Position numbers and translations under genes: made by a program. A stretch of 63,370 bases of DNA, the filler included, from Choristocarpus tenellus KU-1152 (lineage: Eukaryota; Protista; Phaeophyceae), in NCBI GenBank assembly GCA_964200185.2. It is 12 parts of 12 records of this genome, joined end to end, with 100 filler letters (N's around TTAATTAATTAA, not from the genome) between each part and the next. Parts side by side here need not be neighbours in the genome. Positions count along the whole stretch, not along the records: positions 35,207 to 40,809 come from CAXNAD020010276.1; positions 40,910 to 48,106 come from CAXNAD020006552.1; positions 48,207 to 53,312 come from CAXNAD020011851.1; 9 more parts are not named here. One strand, given 5' to 3'. The stretch's first letter is position 1. The number at the start of each line of letters is the position of its first letter. Below are positions 38,128 through 51,045 of the stretch, piece by piece. The notes under the pieces are model-generated. The model ran no database searches. It was not told the origin of the DNA and saw only the letters and a list, made by a program, of their open reading frames with translations.

Positions 38128-41100
38128 AAGGGATGAAATTTGCGTATAGTCTTGGCATGTTAGCTTAAGACTTAAGTTGCAGTTGATGCAGTCAACCAAG
38201 ACGTCCAGTCAAGACTCAAAATGATACTCCAGAGTATGTAGTAGCAATTTGTTTCGTTTATATGACCATCAACGTGCTGTTAATTATGTTTCACCACTTC
38301 AAGTCATACTGTAGAGCAGTTTAATGTTTCTGCCTTTGGCGTGGTACATTTGTATTAGCTCTACACAGGCCTCAACCTGCAACATCGACGCTGTTAACAC
38401 CAATGCCTGGTAAACTAGTTCATCAAAGGACACTAGGTTCCTAGCCTTGACAGACTTGAAGAAGTATTATATATTTTATCTAGAGAGTGGGCTTGACCAA
38501 ATTTCATTGGCTCTTGCGTGATCTAACATGTAGTATCTTGAAGCAATGCATCAAATTGCTATGTTGTAATCAAGGAATTTGTCTTCAATAGTTCTCTCCA
38601 TGACCTTTGGAATTGGATAATCGAAGCTTGATGTTGTGAACACAAGCCCAGTGTCGAAGGGGCTCGAAACAACAAACCTCATGTGAGTTCCAGTCACCTT
38701 ATCCACTGAGGGACTAGGTTGGGTTAGGTATTGGTGTATACAACGGAAGACTCGTACCATACAGGATCACCAAGGCCTCGAAGGCTAAGACCTGCTAGAG
38801 TGGAGAGCTTCACCATCAACCACCTAAAAGGGAGTAGTTTGACCTTCACTGTGGACGATGTGGCCATTGAGAAGGGGGTAGCATCAAGATCGAATATGGT
38901 CAAACGGGTGGAGAATTCTAAGTTTTCAAAGGAGGAAAGAAAATGGGCCATGCTAAGTTGAAGTGTTCTGTGTATGGCAAAAGGGCCAGTTGTTACTGTG
39001 CACTTGCTCTGTTGGAGGTAGAACTAATGTATATATGGATCAAACACAGGAGGGCAGTTCATAGCCATTTATTTTGCATCCTGTCAGGGTCAGGAAGTCT
39101 TCCGGCACGTTTTAAGGTACCAATTCAAGGGGTAGAGGATGGGGGGGCTTGTGGGAGGCATTTTGATGCAACTATTGTCTTCAACCTGGTATGATGTTTT
39201 TGGGCGATTATCCCATCACGACCATGCACTAACTGGGGCAGTAGAATCTTAGCAAATCAATGTGTGTGTGTGTGCAAACTTGTTAACGCATGTGTTCAAG
39301 TGATTGGTAACTGGATATTGGACAGGGAAAGCCTGGGGAGAGACTTCTAGGCCTCACGGAGCAGGCATATTTGGAGTTGCATGGGCAACACAGAATGCGT
39401 AAAATACGAAAATAGTTCAACCGAATTTTTGAAACAGACTTTTTGACTAGAAATAAATTAAATGTATGTGTGGTACATATAACCCTAGAGAAGTACAGTA
39501 CAATAATATATTTAAATGTTTGTAAGTTGGTATTGTTGGGTCGATCGACTGCTTGGTAGGAAACCTCGTAGTGGAGATGCACACTCAATACACAGTGTAT
39601 GTACATGCACAAAACACATGTAGCACATGGATGATGTATTAATATATCATATCTGCGTGATGCATTTCCTTGAGCAGAGCATTGATTTTCGTGTACCTGT
39701 TGTTCACATCTTCAATTCTATATATCATATCTGCTAGACTAGCAACTTAGAGCCAAACCAGTCGAGACTTAGGCAGGGTTATATTTCAAGGATACCGAGA
39801 AAGGGTCAAAAATACGCTATTTTGTACGATTGGAGAAAGAGCCTTCACTTAATTGTGGTGTCATTTGTGTGTGGAAAGGGGGGATACAATTTAGCATACA
39901 CTATTGAGCACATTAAGCAATGAAATAGTGTATTGCGCACTGCAAGAAAGATGACTTAGAATGCACAGGGTCCAAACATGCGTACCTATCAAATAGTTTG
40001 GGTCTTACCTCTCTCCCAATTACCTGCATATGCAAGTTGCATGACTGACTCTCTTTCACCCCTCCAGAGATTATATATACATTTCGCAGTATTACAGCTA
40101 TCATATGTAGTGTGCAGTATCAAGAAAATGCCAAATACCAGGTTTATCGCGTGCGTACTACTGCTCTGGCAACCAGCTTTCCACTAATCTCATCGCAGCA
40201 AGAGTCAAAGCTAATGTTGGAAAGACTTAAGGTTCGATGATGAGTGTGACAAGTCTCCCACTGTGTACAAAAAGTTCACAATATAATAATAATGTACCGT
40301 CTTTGTTGTATGTAATATATATATATACCATACTTAGCCCCTAACCTAGTACTAATTTCGAAGTACTAGTACAATCAACTATTAAAATGACAGGTATCAT
40401 AGCCAGCCTGGTACTGGTGAGATTAGGACAAAGAAAACAAGTCAAATCCTTTCAAGGGGTCGAGCCATCAGTAAGTTCAATAAAAAAAACCCTTGACGAC
40501 CCTGGACTACTGGCCTTCAGTCAAAGGCATTGCTATCGGGTCTGTTTTCTGAACAGACTTTTCACACTTACTTGGTCTGGGAAAACTCCTGAAAAAGGAT
40601 ACATATATGTGAGGGTCACTCCCCCTCACCTTGCACGCTCCACCATGGAGCAAGCGGACAACACCTCCCTGTGGACACTAGAGAGGATAATGGAGATAGC
40701 TGATGCAACAGAGGTGACAGACTTCTTCGAGGGAGGGTGCAACAATATGTCTCTCCGCCTAGAGACCCACCAACAAGTACAGGCACAGATGCCTATAAGT
40801 GCGGGGGGTNNNNNNNNNNNNNNNNNNNNNNNNNNNNNNNNNNNNNNNNNNNNTTAATTAATTAANNNNNNNNNNNNNNNNNNNNNNNNNNNNNNNNNNN
40901 NNNNNNNNNGGGGCACATGGATGAGGAAGTGAAAGGAATGAGGGAAGTGGTGGGACATGAATAGGGGAAGAGATATAATAATTGAATGTTAACAGGGTCA
41001 CTTTAAGGAGGGGTTTTAGGCATGGGAGCGGTGAGACCATCCAAGGTAGATAGGAAATGAACCGGGTTGATAAGTTTGGGAGGGGGGATAATGTAATGTA

Positions 41101-41596
41101 GGTTTACAAATCAGGAGATGTTCCTGAGAAGTAAGGAAATGGCTGCCAGAGAGTGGCAACATCTTATTTTAAGGTGGGGAGAGAGGGTGAGGGAAAGGGG
41201 TGGGGATTCCACCCCCAGGTTCCACAAAGTGGTGGAATAATATTGAAAAGAAACATGTGACTCCAAATATTGTGCCAAAGGCATCAACATATCACCAGAA
41301 ATGCCTCACATGCTTTCTGGCTCTGGAGTATTTGAGGGGTTCAAGGGGAAAGGAAGAAGGTTATATAACAACACTCTATTTCCTTCACTGCCCTAGTCTC
41401 TTATTCCCGTGTCTGATATTCCCCAGGTCGAAGTGAAGCATGACACGTGTCACTATCTGTAACTACGTACGTTAATAGGAGATTGGGTGTCGGCAAGCCT
41501 ACGACTTGAAGCACCACAAATAAGGTGGTGGTGGCGGTGAGTACAGGGGTAAGAGGGAAGCGGAGGGGGAGAGGAATTGAGGGCTGCGCTGTTCAC

Positions 41597-42403
41597 CCTC
41601 AGGTACCCGCCATGGAAGCCGATAAGACTGGGGCAGCACCAATCTTCCATCCCCCATAGCATCTTTATTTCTTTGAGAAGCTGTGCCCTCTGTCCCCTGT
41701 CAAACACGTTGAAAACTTTCACTGCATACAACTCTCGGGTCTCGATGTGCTGCGTTGGGATAATCAGAGTTTGAGAGCACAGGAAGAAGGGCGTGTTGTA
41801 GGGGGTTAGGGGTTCGCTATAACTCGGAGGATTCACTCCACGCATGGGAAAACTATAACAGGGCCAGAATTGAGGCTTAGTGACTGGGATCGAAGAATTC
41901 AGAAGCGAGGATAGGCAGCTGCAAGATCAAAACGACGGATCCAGATGACCCATTAGAAAGTCGCTCCCACCCCCTGGTCTCAGTTAAGGGGGTTGCAGTT
42001 ATACTATTTGTGGGGTCTGGGTCCACTAGTCTTAAGGTAGCCTAGCATTATCGTCGCTCACTGCGCAAGCAATGCACACCTGTGCCTTTTTGACGACCGA
42101 GCAAGCCCCTCGTCCTAGCTCACAGATAAACCTCAGGTCATCCTGTTTCACCTCGCTAACGTTCTTCCCCTCAATGTAAAGACCATGGTAGTCTATTTGC
42201 ACGTTTTCTTCATTGAACTCCACCATATCATCGCCGAAGCTCACCGATGCTCCCATCATATCTGGACCTCCTGGGTCCATCGGAAGTGCTAGCAATGATA
42301 TGGATGATCGCCGGCGGTCCCGTGGTTGAACTGAGGAACCCATACCGATTTCAGTCATGCCAGATTTCAACTCAACTGCTTGGTTTTCTCCTCCCCTCCG
42401 CAT
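41597..42403 (-). CDS. MAP kinase kinase (MAP2K/STE7-like), first two coding exons
   Basis: Exons 42403-42080 and 41749-41597: ELGRGACSVVKKAQ|HIETRELYAVKVF...QRAQLLKEIKML...CPSLIGFHGGYL are kinase subdomains I-IV typical of MAP2K. The remainder was not found on this contig. Confidence 0.85.
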
Positions 42404-42665
42404 ACAGGGATGAATTGAGTTTGTCAAGTATCAAATACGCCACTAACACAGATCAATACTAGTAACACGGTTGGCAAAGCTTTCTGGCAAGGGAACTCTC
42501 AACTTCACAACTAACGTGTTTCACGTTAACCGGGTGAATTCACACTGGAATTGATGACATCAATCGTAACCGTTTGATTACTCGAAACGTGACGTGCGAC
42601 ACGAATATGATGGATGTTTCAAGAGAGTTTAGTTCGTGAACTCACAACTTCTTTCCTGTGTTGTC
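42404..42665. promoter_or_regulatory. Probable bidirectional promoter between the MAP2K and ANK-TPR genes
   Basis: Two divergent ATGs about 260 bp apart; clustered TTCAC/GTGAA motifs, a gtgaattcac palindrome and ACGTGACGT. Confidence 0.45.
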
Positions 42666-45600
42666 ATGGCTGGTCAATCCTCTGATAGAGGCAGCATTGA
42701 GCACATAGCCCTGGCACCTCTTCGATGGCAAGTCCATATCGTCTTCGTTGTGTTTGATGCTTTCTTTCCACATATCTGAAACTTACAATACTCGTTTATG
42801 ATTATTCACAGGGACGTCATCAAGGCATCCAAACAATGGGATGCACGCATAAACTCTATAATAGGAAAAGCTGCGCGAGAAGATCACACCATCACGGTTG
42901 AGCACCTACTGGAGAAGCAGGCCTTGGCGAAGGTGCGCTTCCTGATTGCACGTTTGTATGCACCATAGCCCCATTGATACACGTAACCACCTAAACCACG
43001 ACCTGTTCCGTCCATGACCCACGAATAGATCTTGGAAAAGGAAAGATCTGTGGAAATCGCTGGTATCCCTGTGAACGGTCGACTCAGAACGATGAGAGCA
43101 TCCTACTATAACCTGAGGAAATTGGGGAGAATCGATGAAGCTGAAAAGGCATGTGCGTTATGGGAAGAGATCATATCGAACAGTGCGGGGAATATCTAAG
43201 TGCATAAAAAATGTCTCCTCAAAACATACAAGCCAAAGAAGCCTGGTCATTTATGTTCTTAAGTCTGATACATATGGCGTAATGTGTCGTCCCGAAAACT
43301 TGCTTAACATTACTCTATCACACACCTGAAAGTGCCGTAAGTAAGAACCTAGCGAGGAGCTGTGAAGGCGATATTTGTTCTGTCAATACATGCGAAAGAG
43401 GCCCAAAAGTCATCATTAGACGAGTTTGTGCTCGCACAAAGAATGGAAATTGCACTGCACATACGCCCTCATACTAGGTAAGGCGAAAAGTAGAACCCCT
43501 GGAGAATTCTTTCTGGAAGATTGCTCTGAAAGAATCGGGGTTTTCGGATATGGTCCGCAAAGAAAAGGAGCGACTTGTGGCAAGGCAGCAAGAAGAGAGG
43601 AGCGCGAAGAACAAGAGACTAAAGAGGTGTGATCATTAATGTTGAAATCATAAATTCTTCATTCGCTTGCTCGACATCGAGCACTTTGTAGGCACTTGGG
43701 GCTTGGTGAAATGCACACAGGGTCAATCCTGAGGAAGACCTAATGAACAAGCTCTACAATGCTAACCAATTTTCTCACACACCAATAATTCCAATTATCG
43801 TCTGCCAGTGAACTGGATCGTGCATATAGGGACAAGAATATCGCGCTCAAGACCCACCAAAGGGCTGTCAAGAAGAGCAGTGACAATGTCTGGAGTATTT
43901 GGCATGCTTCGAAGACAGGGAATAATGATAGGTACGCCAAACGCATGACTCGATTTGCAGTTCATACTTATTGATATGATCTCTTCGGAGAAGGGGATTG
44001 ATTCGCAAGCACACTCGTTGTACTTAACCAGCAGTATTCTCCATTTTATACCAGCAATGGCTGGGGAGACTCAGCAACCAATCTCCCCATTATATGTACT
44101 CAGTACCATTCATTGCACTTCCCCATAATATATTCTTAATTCAATGCAAAAAAAGAGATAATTTCTACGGAGAGAATTGGCTACAGGAAAACAAGCAATG
44201 ACTTATGAAACCGAGTGCATTACTTGCAAAGTGATTTCTGGCCCATTTGTCTCAGCACAGCTTCACCTTTCAAGTACAATAAAACCAAGCCTGCCAACAA
44301 CAACACCATAAAAAGATAGTGCTGTTGCCGCTTGGTTCAGTCATGGCAGGCACATACTACTAGAAGTGGTCAGATGTGGGGGCATCATACACAACGGCAT
44401 GTTGGAGTTATCAGTACTGCATCGATCAATATGCAGTTATGCTGAACACGTCCAACAGCCTTAACCCAGGCAACTGTATTTATGCTTGTTGTGCTGTTGT
44501 TTTCCCGACAGTATCTCAAGGTTGGGGGCAGTAGGAGGTTTAGAAATCTACTCTGTAAGCTCCAGGGCCTCTGTCCACAAGGCACTAGGTAGCATATACG
44601 CGTGTGCTGATCCCACAAATGGAGAAACGTTTAGAGTCATACCAGATCTATGTAATAACAATAAGAATTAGATGCTTTTTAGAAATTATCGTTTCCATAA
44701 TAACACTTTAGGGAGGCTGACAACATGGCAAGAAAAGCAGTATTTTTTGTCAATACAAACTCTTCTCTTGACGCTTAGTCACCAATAAGATCATCTCACC
44801 CTGCAACCTCCACTACCCCGTAATACTATTATTGTTGGTACAAATCCAGTTTAAGACCACTTCTAATAGTGAACTCACGTCGGGCAGAAGATTGTATTGC
44901 TGTCAGGAAGCCTACTGCAGGATTAAAAAAATCGCAATACCATTGAATTCCACTTTTCATTGGGAGATTTCCCCAATATCTCCAGCCTTGTTTTTTCCCC
45001 TCAATCCCTGAATAGTCTTACCTGACAACAGCTAATTTTGTCGTTGTCAAGTGAGTTATAGGTTTTGACTTGTGTGTATGTCCCAGGATAGGGTATAGAT
45101 ATCGACCTGGAGCTAATTGTAGGTCTTACTCGTATTAGAGTTGGCTGGTGAGCATACTTGCCTTGCCTCCTCCCTCCCATCTCTTGCAGAGTAGTATTTA
45201 CTTACTTTTTTTCTGATGGAATGTCCACCAAGAGTGTGTTCACAGTTTTACAAGTACTTGTTGTTCTTCTGAAATCGGGAATAATGAGTCCTCAACCGAA
45301 CCACGCCTGCTATAGCAGCACAAATATTGAGTCAGGAAATGCTCTAGAAAGGGGAAAAAGTTCACAGTAGCAGTCAGTGTGTGTGCGATCAACTTGGTTG
45401 ACAACCTCCTGAAAAATAGAGCTTTGCACATTATAATTTCAAGGTGTTGCAAACAGGTACAATATGATGGCCCCACACAGCTACTTGTTTGCCTAGACCT
45501 ATACAGGCCACATATTGGCAAGATACTACACCACCAACAATTGCTTGAATGAGAGGCATTTGCAGCACCGGAAGGCTGGCACACTGAGATCACCTCACTC

Positions 45601-47853
45601 CAACAAAGCTGCTTAAAATACTACCCCATGTACATTTACTGCTCAGCCACTACTTGATAGAGGCTATGCAACCTAGTTCTCGAATCCAACATGGTGTCCA
45701 TTCTAGTCGCACTCCATAAATCAACCCAAACCTGCCGTAGTCTCTTTCTACAGAATATCCTCACCATTGTCGATTCCCACTTTCTACAGGGTACGTCTCA
45801 TCCTATCCCGGTCAGTTGGTAGAGGAGTAGATGCAAGGGATCCAGACTCAGGATGGACACCCTTACACTTTGCTGCGAGGTATGGTTGTCTGGATGTCAT
45901 AAAATCGCTTCTACCGACTGGTGCATTTGTTGGTGCCCGGACACCGGATGGTCTGACACCACTACACCTGGGTGCTGGTTGGGGCACATTCCAAGTAAGA
46001 ATTCTGACTTGCATTTGTCATGGTTGAGCCATTGGATGAGAAAAGGAATAATTGATGTGATTGCATGTGTATGTGAGAGCATGTGAGAGCAAGAGAGAGA
46101 CGAAGGAGCTTGGGTTGTGATCAAGCTACCAAGCTTTCCTTCATCTACTCCACTGTGAGTGTTTTTGTTTTGCGCTTGGAGCTTTACCTCACCGGTTGAA
46201 CTTGGGCTCCTTGCTCACCCAGAGAAATGTGCAAGTGAAGATTCCAAACTCTATGTGCATGACACTCAGAACAAGCAGTGTGTTGAATATATCCTTCACC
46301 ACAGTTTTGTTGAGGCTAACAACAATATGTTATTTAGCAACTATATCACGTATCACACTAATATTTTTTTGGACCATTGCTGAAGCTTTACCAGCAACAA
46401 TTTTGAGCTTGATTTCGGATCGAATCAGACAGGTCTGTGGGTTGTTATTAGAGTCTGGAGCTGATAAGACCTGCATAGACAAAAGTGGGCGCACTCCCCT
46501 TGACCTGGCAACGGCCATGAGAAGAACAAAAATAGAGGCACTCCTGAAGAACTGGCGACCACTTGGGCTCACTGCAACACAGACTGAAGAGATTGCCTCC
46601 TCACAAATGGATGGTCCTTTAAGGTACTTTACTCCCTTCCTTGCCCTAAGCCCGTTTCGGTTTATAACTTTGAGAGTTTAGGGATGTATGGTAAGAAACC
46701 CACACAAGCCTCCCTGCAGTGACGACTTGAAACACCCTGCCAGAATTCCAAACAACTTGTTACTCGCTGGTGTATGCAAATGGATGAATCCGAGATGCAA
46801 AAATATCTCTTTGCTGTACTTTTTCAAGCTTTCTGTGCTGTAAGTCTCTTCATAGATCATGTGATTAACATACAGTATGATTCCCACTCTTACCCAGTCA
46901 ACCATCCACTCATCAACACAAGATTGTGCACAGTAGATCTTGTCTTCCAATTCCCAACTCCAGCCAATGCACCCCACCAAGAGCTCTTTACAAGGGTATG
47001 TACGCACTGCTGCTACTGTTTTGCATGCAACACCACAATACACTATTGTAGTGCCTTGGAGATCGAGTCTGACCCAAACATCCGAGCTCAGGTGCTCCTC
47101 CTCAAACTCAAGAGACAGGCACATGGGGAACACTACCCTGGACTCATAATGACATTGGGAAAGCTCGCTAGTCTGTATAGAAGATCAGGGAGGCTAGAGG
47201 TAAAGAGCTGACGGTAAACAAGGTAGGAGAGCGGAACAGTGCTGAGAAACCTGTTGCAATGTGTTGCATTGAGAGGGGCTAAGGTCCTACCTTAGCAATT
47301 ATTCAGTGGTTTCCGAGTGTCAGTGACTGTGTTTTGTTAACTAACCTGTTGGATCCAGAATACGTTTTGTGAACAACCATATTACTTTGTTGTATATACA
47401 TGTATTATGCCAGCTCTCATGCTGCGTGTCTTGTGTTTTTTATCAATCTCTGCACACCATTTTCTCTACCAGACACCTTCACATGAAACTGCAGCGAAAG
47501 CACCACCAACCTGACCTACCATATACCACACCTAAGAAATTATGCCCTCCTCATGGTTCCTATCTGCTCGATCTAATATGTTTTCAAATTATCACTCCTT
47601 CCGACCTCTTTCCTTCCCTCCCCCCCCCCCCCCCCCCCTAATGGTCATAATCACTTGGTTAGGAGTCTCTGTCGTATCTCCAAGAACAGCTTCAGGTGTC
47701 AAGAGTAACCAGACCTTGTATAGGAGGAAACAATGGGTCACTTGAAACTGCCCGAATCCTCAACAATATTGGAGAGGTTTTCCACAAGCTTGGGCGGGTG
47801 GACAAGGCAGTGAAATATCTGAAGGAGGCGGTGAACACTGGGGAGTTGGCAAA
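42666..47853 (+). CDS. Ankyrin-repeat + TPR protein (3' end off contig)
   Basis: Exons 42666-42727 (GC donor), 42812-42932, 43029-43148 (GC donor), 43478-43626, 43809-43931, 45790-45994 (DSGWTPLHFAARYG, DGLTPLHLGA), 46433-46623 (DKSGRTPLDLA), 47052-47200 (GEHYPGLIMTLGKLASLYRRSGR), 47663-47853 (TARILNNIGEVFHKLGRVDKAVKYLKEA). Reading frame is continuous across the junctions checked. Confidence 0.8.
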
Positions 47854-49042
47854 GTGAGACCTGAGTTGCTCTCCGTATTGTCATACGTGACTGGGGGATG
47901 GGAATAACGAGGTTTAGGGGATTTGGCAGGGAGAAAATCCGTGCTTGGGGTGTCGACGAAGGGAATTATTTTCCCTGAGTACTCTAGAATGCACAGAGAT
48001 GGGTGAAAGATTGACCTCAGACCCAAAGTATCTGGGGGGGGTGGACAAGGCAGTGAAATATCTGAAGGAGGCGGTGAACACTGGGGAGTTGGCAAAGTGA
48101 GACCTGNNNNNNNNNNNNNNNNNNNNNNNNNNNNNNNNNNNNNNNNNNNNTTAATTAATTAANNNNNNNNNNNNNNNNNNNNNNNNNNNNNNNNNNNNNN
48201 NNNNNNGCTTTGTTATCGGGGCGCGGCTAGTGGGATGTACGGACAAAGAGATTTGGGGAGTAGCAGGGGGGGGGGAAAGAAGAGGGGACGAGGGAGGCGG
48301 GCTGGGGCGTGTGGTCTTCATGGAAAGGGGTGGACAGATCGTGAACAGGTGGTGCACGGGGTGAGATTCAACCCTGTAAGAGTACAGGTTCGAAAGAAAG
48401 CCTTCGGTAAACATTTCTGAGTTTCGCAAAGGTGTACTGCATTTGCAAGCGCTCAAAGGACAAAGGTTGTGCGAAGTGCTTTCCGGCTCTGTAACTCTGG
48501 TTCACTACTCACTGTAGTACTGTTATTTTTTTTTCCCCCCCTCATTCACTCACGGTTGACAGCAGTACATGCTGGAACCAAGGATATAAAATGTGTGTAA
48601 TTCGAGCAGTGCTTAGAGGAGCATTTTGTACAGAAATATTGAAGAAAAAAAAACTTCTTGTTTTTATTTAGCCCTCTTTTGGCCTCCATATTGATGGCGC
48701 ATACATATCTCTAACCCTAACCCTTACTTCCTGCACACCCTGCACAGTACGTAGTGGGCTTCCAGGGGGGGCATGTCAGTGAGCACAGAAACGAACAAGG
48801 GTTGAAACACACTGGCATTCAACATTGATCATTGAAGTGCTCCGAATTGCTTTGAATGAAAGTACACGACGAAAAAGAGGCGTTGCATTCCCACCCACTT
48901 TGCTATACGTCCCTCCCTGATATAATGCTTTTCTGACCAAGTCCTGTTCTTACGTAATCTTTCCATGTACTCTCGAAGTCAAAATCCTTGCTCTTTTTTG
49001 ATATTGCAAATGTTATCTGATCCACCTTCTTTTCAAGCATAC

Positions 49043-50543
49043 CTGACTCTCTCTTTTTTCTCCGTGTTAACTTCAAGTTGAGGAAAAGTAATGTACTTCT
49101 TCAAAAATATCATTGCTTCTTTCACACCCTTTGGTGCACGGAAGACTAGCTGTTCAAATTCTTGACCTTTAACTCAACTCACTTATCACCTCCCTGTCTA
49201 AATTGGACAACACCCAGTGCAGCCTCAGTAAGGGCTCCCACCAGTACCATAGTGAGGGCAAATGTTGAATCCATGGCATCACGCATTCTGTCTCTGAAGC
49301 TGGAGGAGGAAGACCAACAAGATGAAGACATAGTGGATTACAATAAGAAATCGTAGTTACTAGCAAATAAATGTAGTGAGGAGGAAGCTGAACGAACGGC
49401 CATGCACCCTACTTGCTACATTGCTTTTCCATTTAGTACATTTATAGATCCAAACGAAACTGATCATCTATTTACCTCCCGTACACCCACAATGTTTTTC
49501 AGCATATGGGCCTCTTTGTATTATTCTGCCGTATAATACAAGAACGAGCATGTGGGGATAGTAAGCTGTTTAGTGAGAGTGAGAATAAATTTGATTGAAG
49601 GCTTGTCTGTTGCGTTCATCAGATCTTTGCTTGAATTGAAGGTATTTTCCCCACCTCAGCGGGCAGGTGAAGGGAGGATTGAACCGCAGGTCCATCCAGA
49701 GCAAAAGCTGTATTTTTCGTACCCTTGGGCACTTTGGACTTAACTTGAAATGGAATGAGATGGGAAATGCTTTATTCAAACTGAGAGATGAGGAGGATTG
49801 TGGATAGGTAACCAACTTGTTTTGGTCCTCCTTAGATGCATAAGAGTACCTGTTCCCTATTGCTAATCCTTGCAATAATTCCCAGTTTCTATCGTATCTT
49901 CTTAATGCCAACCACTATTTTGGGGCAGGCACTTTTATCGAGAGGAAAGAAATGTATTTGTAGATTTTTCGAAGAGGGGTGGGCAAACTCTCGGAATGTA
50001 CAGAGGACAGACAAAAATTGATGCTGCTGACGTGAGTATTCCGACACAAGTAAGTAAAAAAGAGACCACTGATGAGCCTCTTGGTGACCATAGGATATCA
50101 CGACTAAGATCCCATACTCCCCCTATCAAGCGCAATAACGTAGCGATGGTGCAATACGGCCCCATAGATAGAGCGAGCAACGTCAAACTTTTCACGGTAC
50201 ACTCGCAAATACGTACTTCCTATGCTCACCTCTCGTCAGCTGGTCTGTGCAAATTCATAGATGCATCGAGCTTCCTAAACTGACTAGCGATGTTCACGCT
50301 CAAGCTTTGACGGTGTTTAATCGGTGTCTGACCCCGATTGACATTAATTCCAGGCGCTGCTCCTCTTGCACCGCGAATAATTGTTGACCGACGTCTCCTG
50401 TACGTTGACTCTGCTGACCCCCTAGCGCCCGATCCGTCATCGGCATCTACTGATTGGGAAGCTTCCCCTGGACTAAAGGGCGTGATATCTCTTAACGATA
50501 GCCTCTGTGTGCGAGAACTTTCCCTTCCAGTTATTTGTGGCAT
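49043..50543 (-). CDS. Probable spliced gene of unknown function, divergent from the MGDG synthase
   Basis: Exon-like blocks ending in gtgagc (~50230), gtactc (~49850), gtgata and gtatgc (LVFRAPKGVKEAMIFLKKYITFPQLEVNTEKKESQ). The exon chain is not resolved. Confidence 0.35.
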
Positions 50544-51045
50544 CGTCCGGCACCCTCCTCACCCTTGTCGGTATTCCGAGTGACGTTGGATCCAGTTTTT
50601 ATGGATATCCTCGTCGAAACCGAGGCCAGGGTCTCCGCTGGAAGGAGGAGAGGGGTCTTCGGGAAGGGGTCATGTGGGTATGAATCGGGCGCTGACGCCC
50701 CATGGTGGGCACATGGGATAAGAATCTCTTCCACACAATCAAATCTCACTTTTTCAAGGGAAGTACACTCCCTTCAACCTCGTTCAGTAATTGTGTAGAA
50801 GTTTAAGTTTAGATAGACGAATATGAACGGTTTCGGGTCACTTCTTGTCATAGGTTGATGTACCTTTCATTGACATTTTCCCAAACATGTTAACATCACT
50901 GTCCCCTGAATGTTCAAATCCTGTTCGCGTAATAAGGGTGAGGTCACTCCTCCCGATACAGTGCACAGAAAGATCGCCATTCTAGATTACGAGCTTACGT
51001 GAAAGGGCTCCTATTGAGCACCCTTTTCCCCCCGTCGGTGACAAG

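Noticed and set aside
38551-39194. Possible terminal exons of a convergent gene
   Set aside because: Splice phases did not reconcile and the strand is ambiguous.
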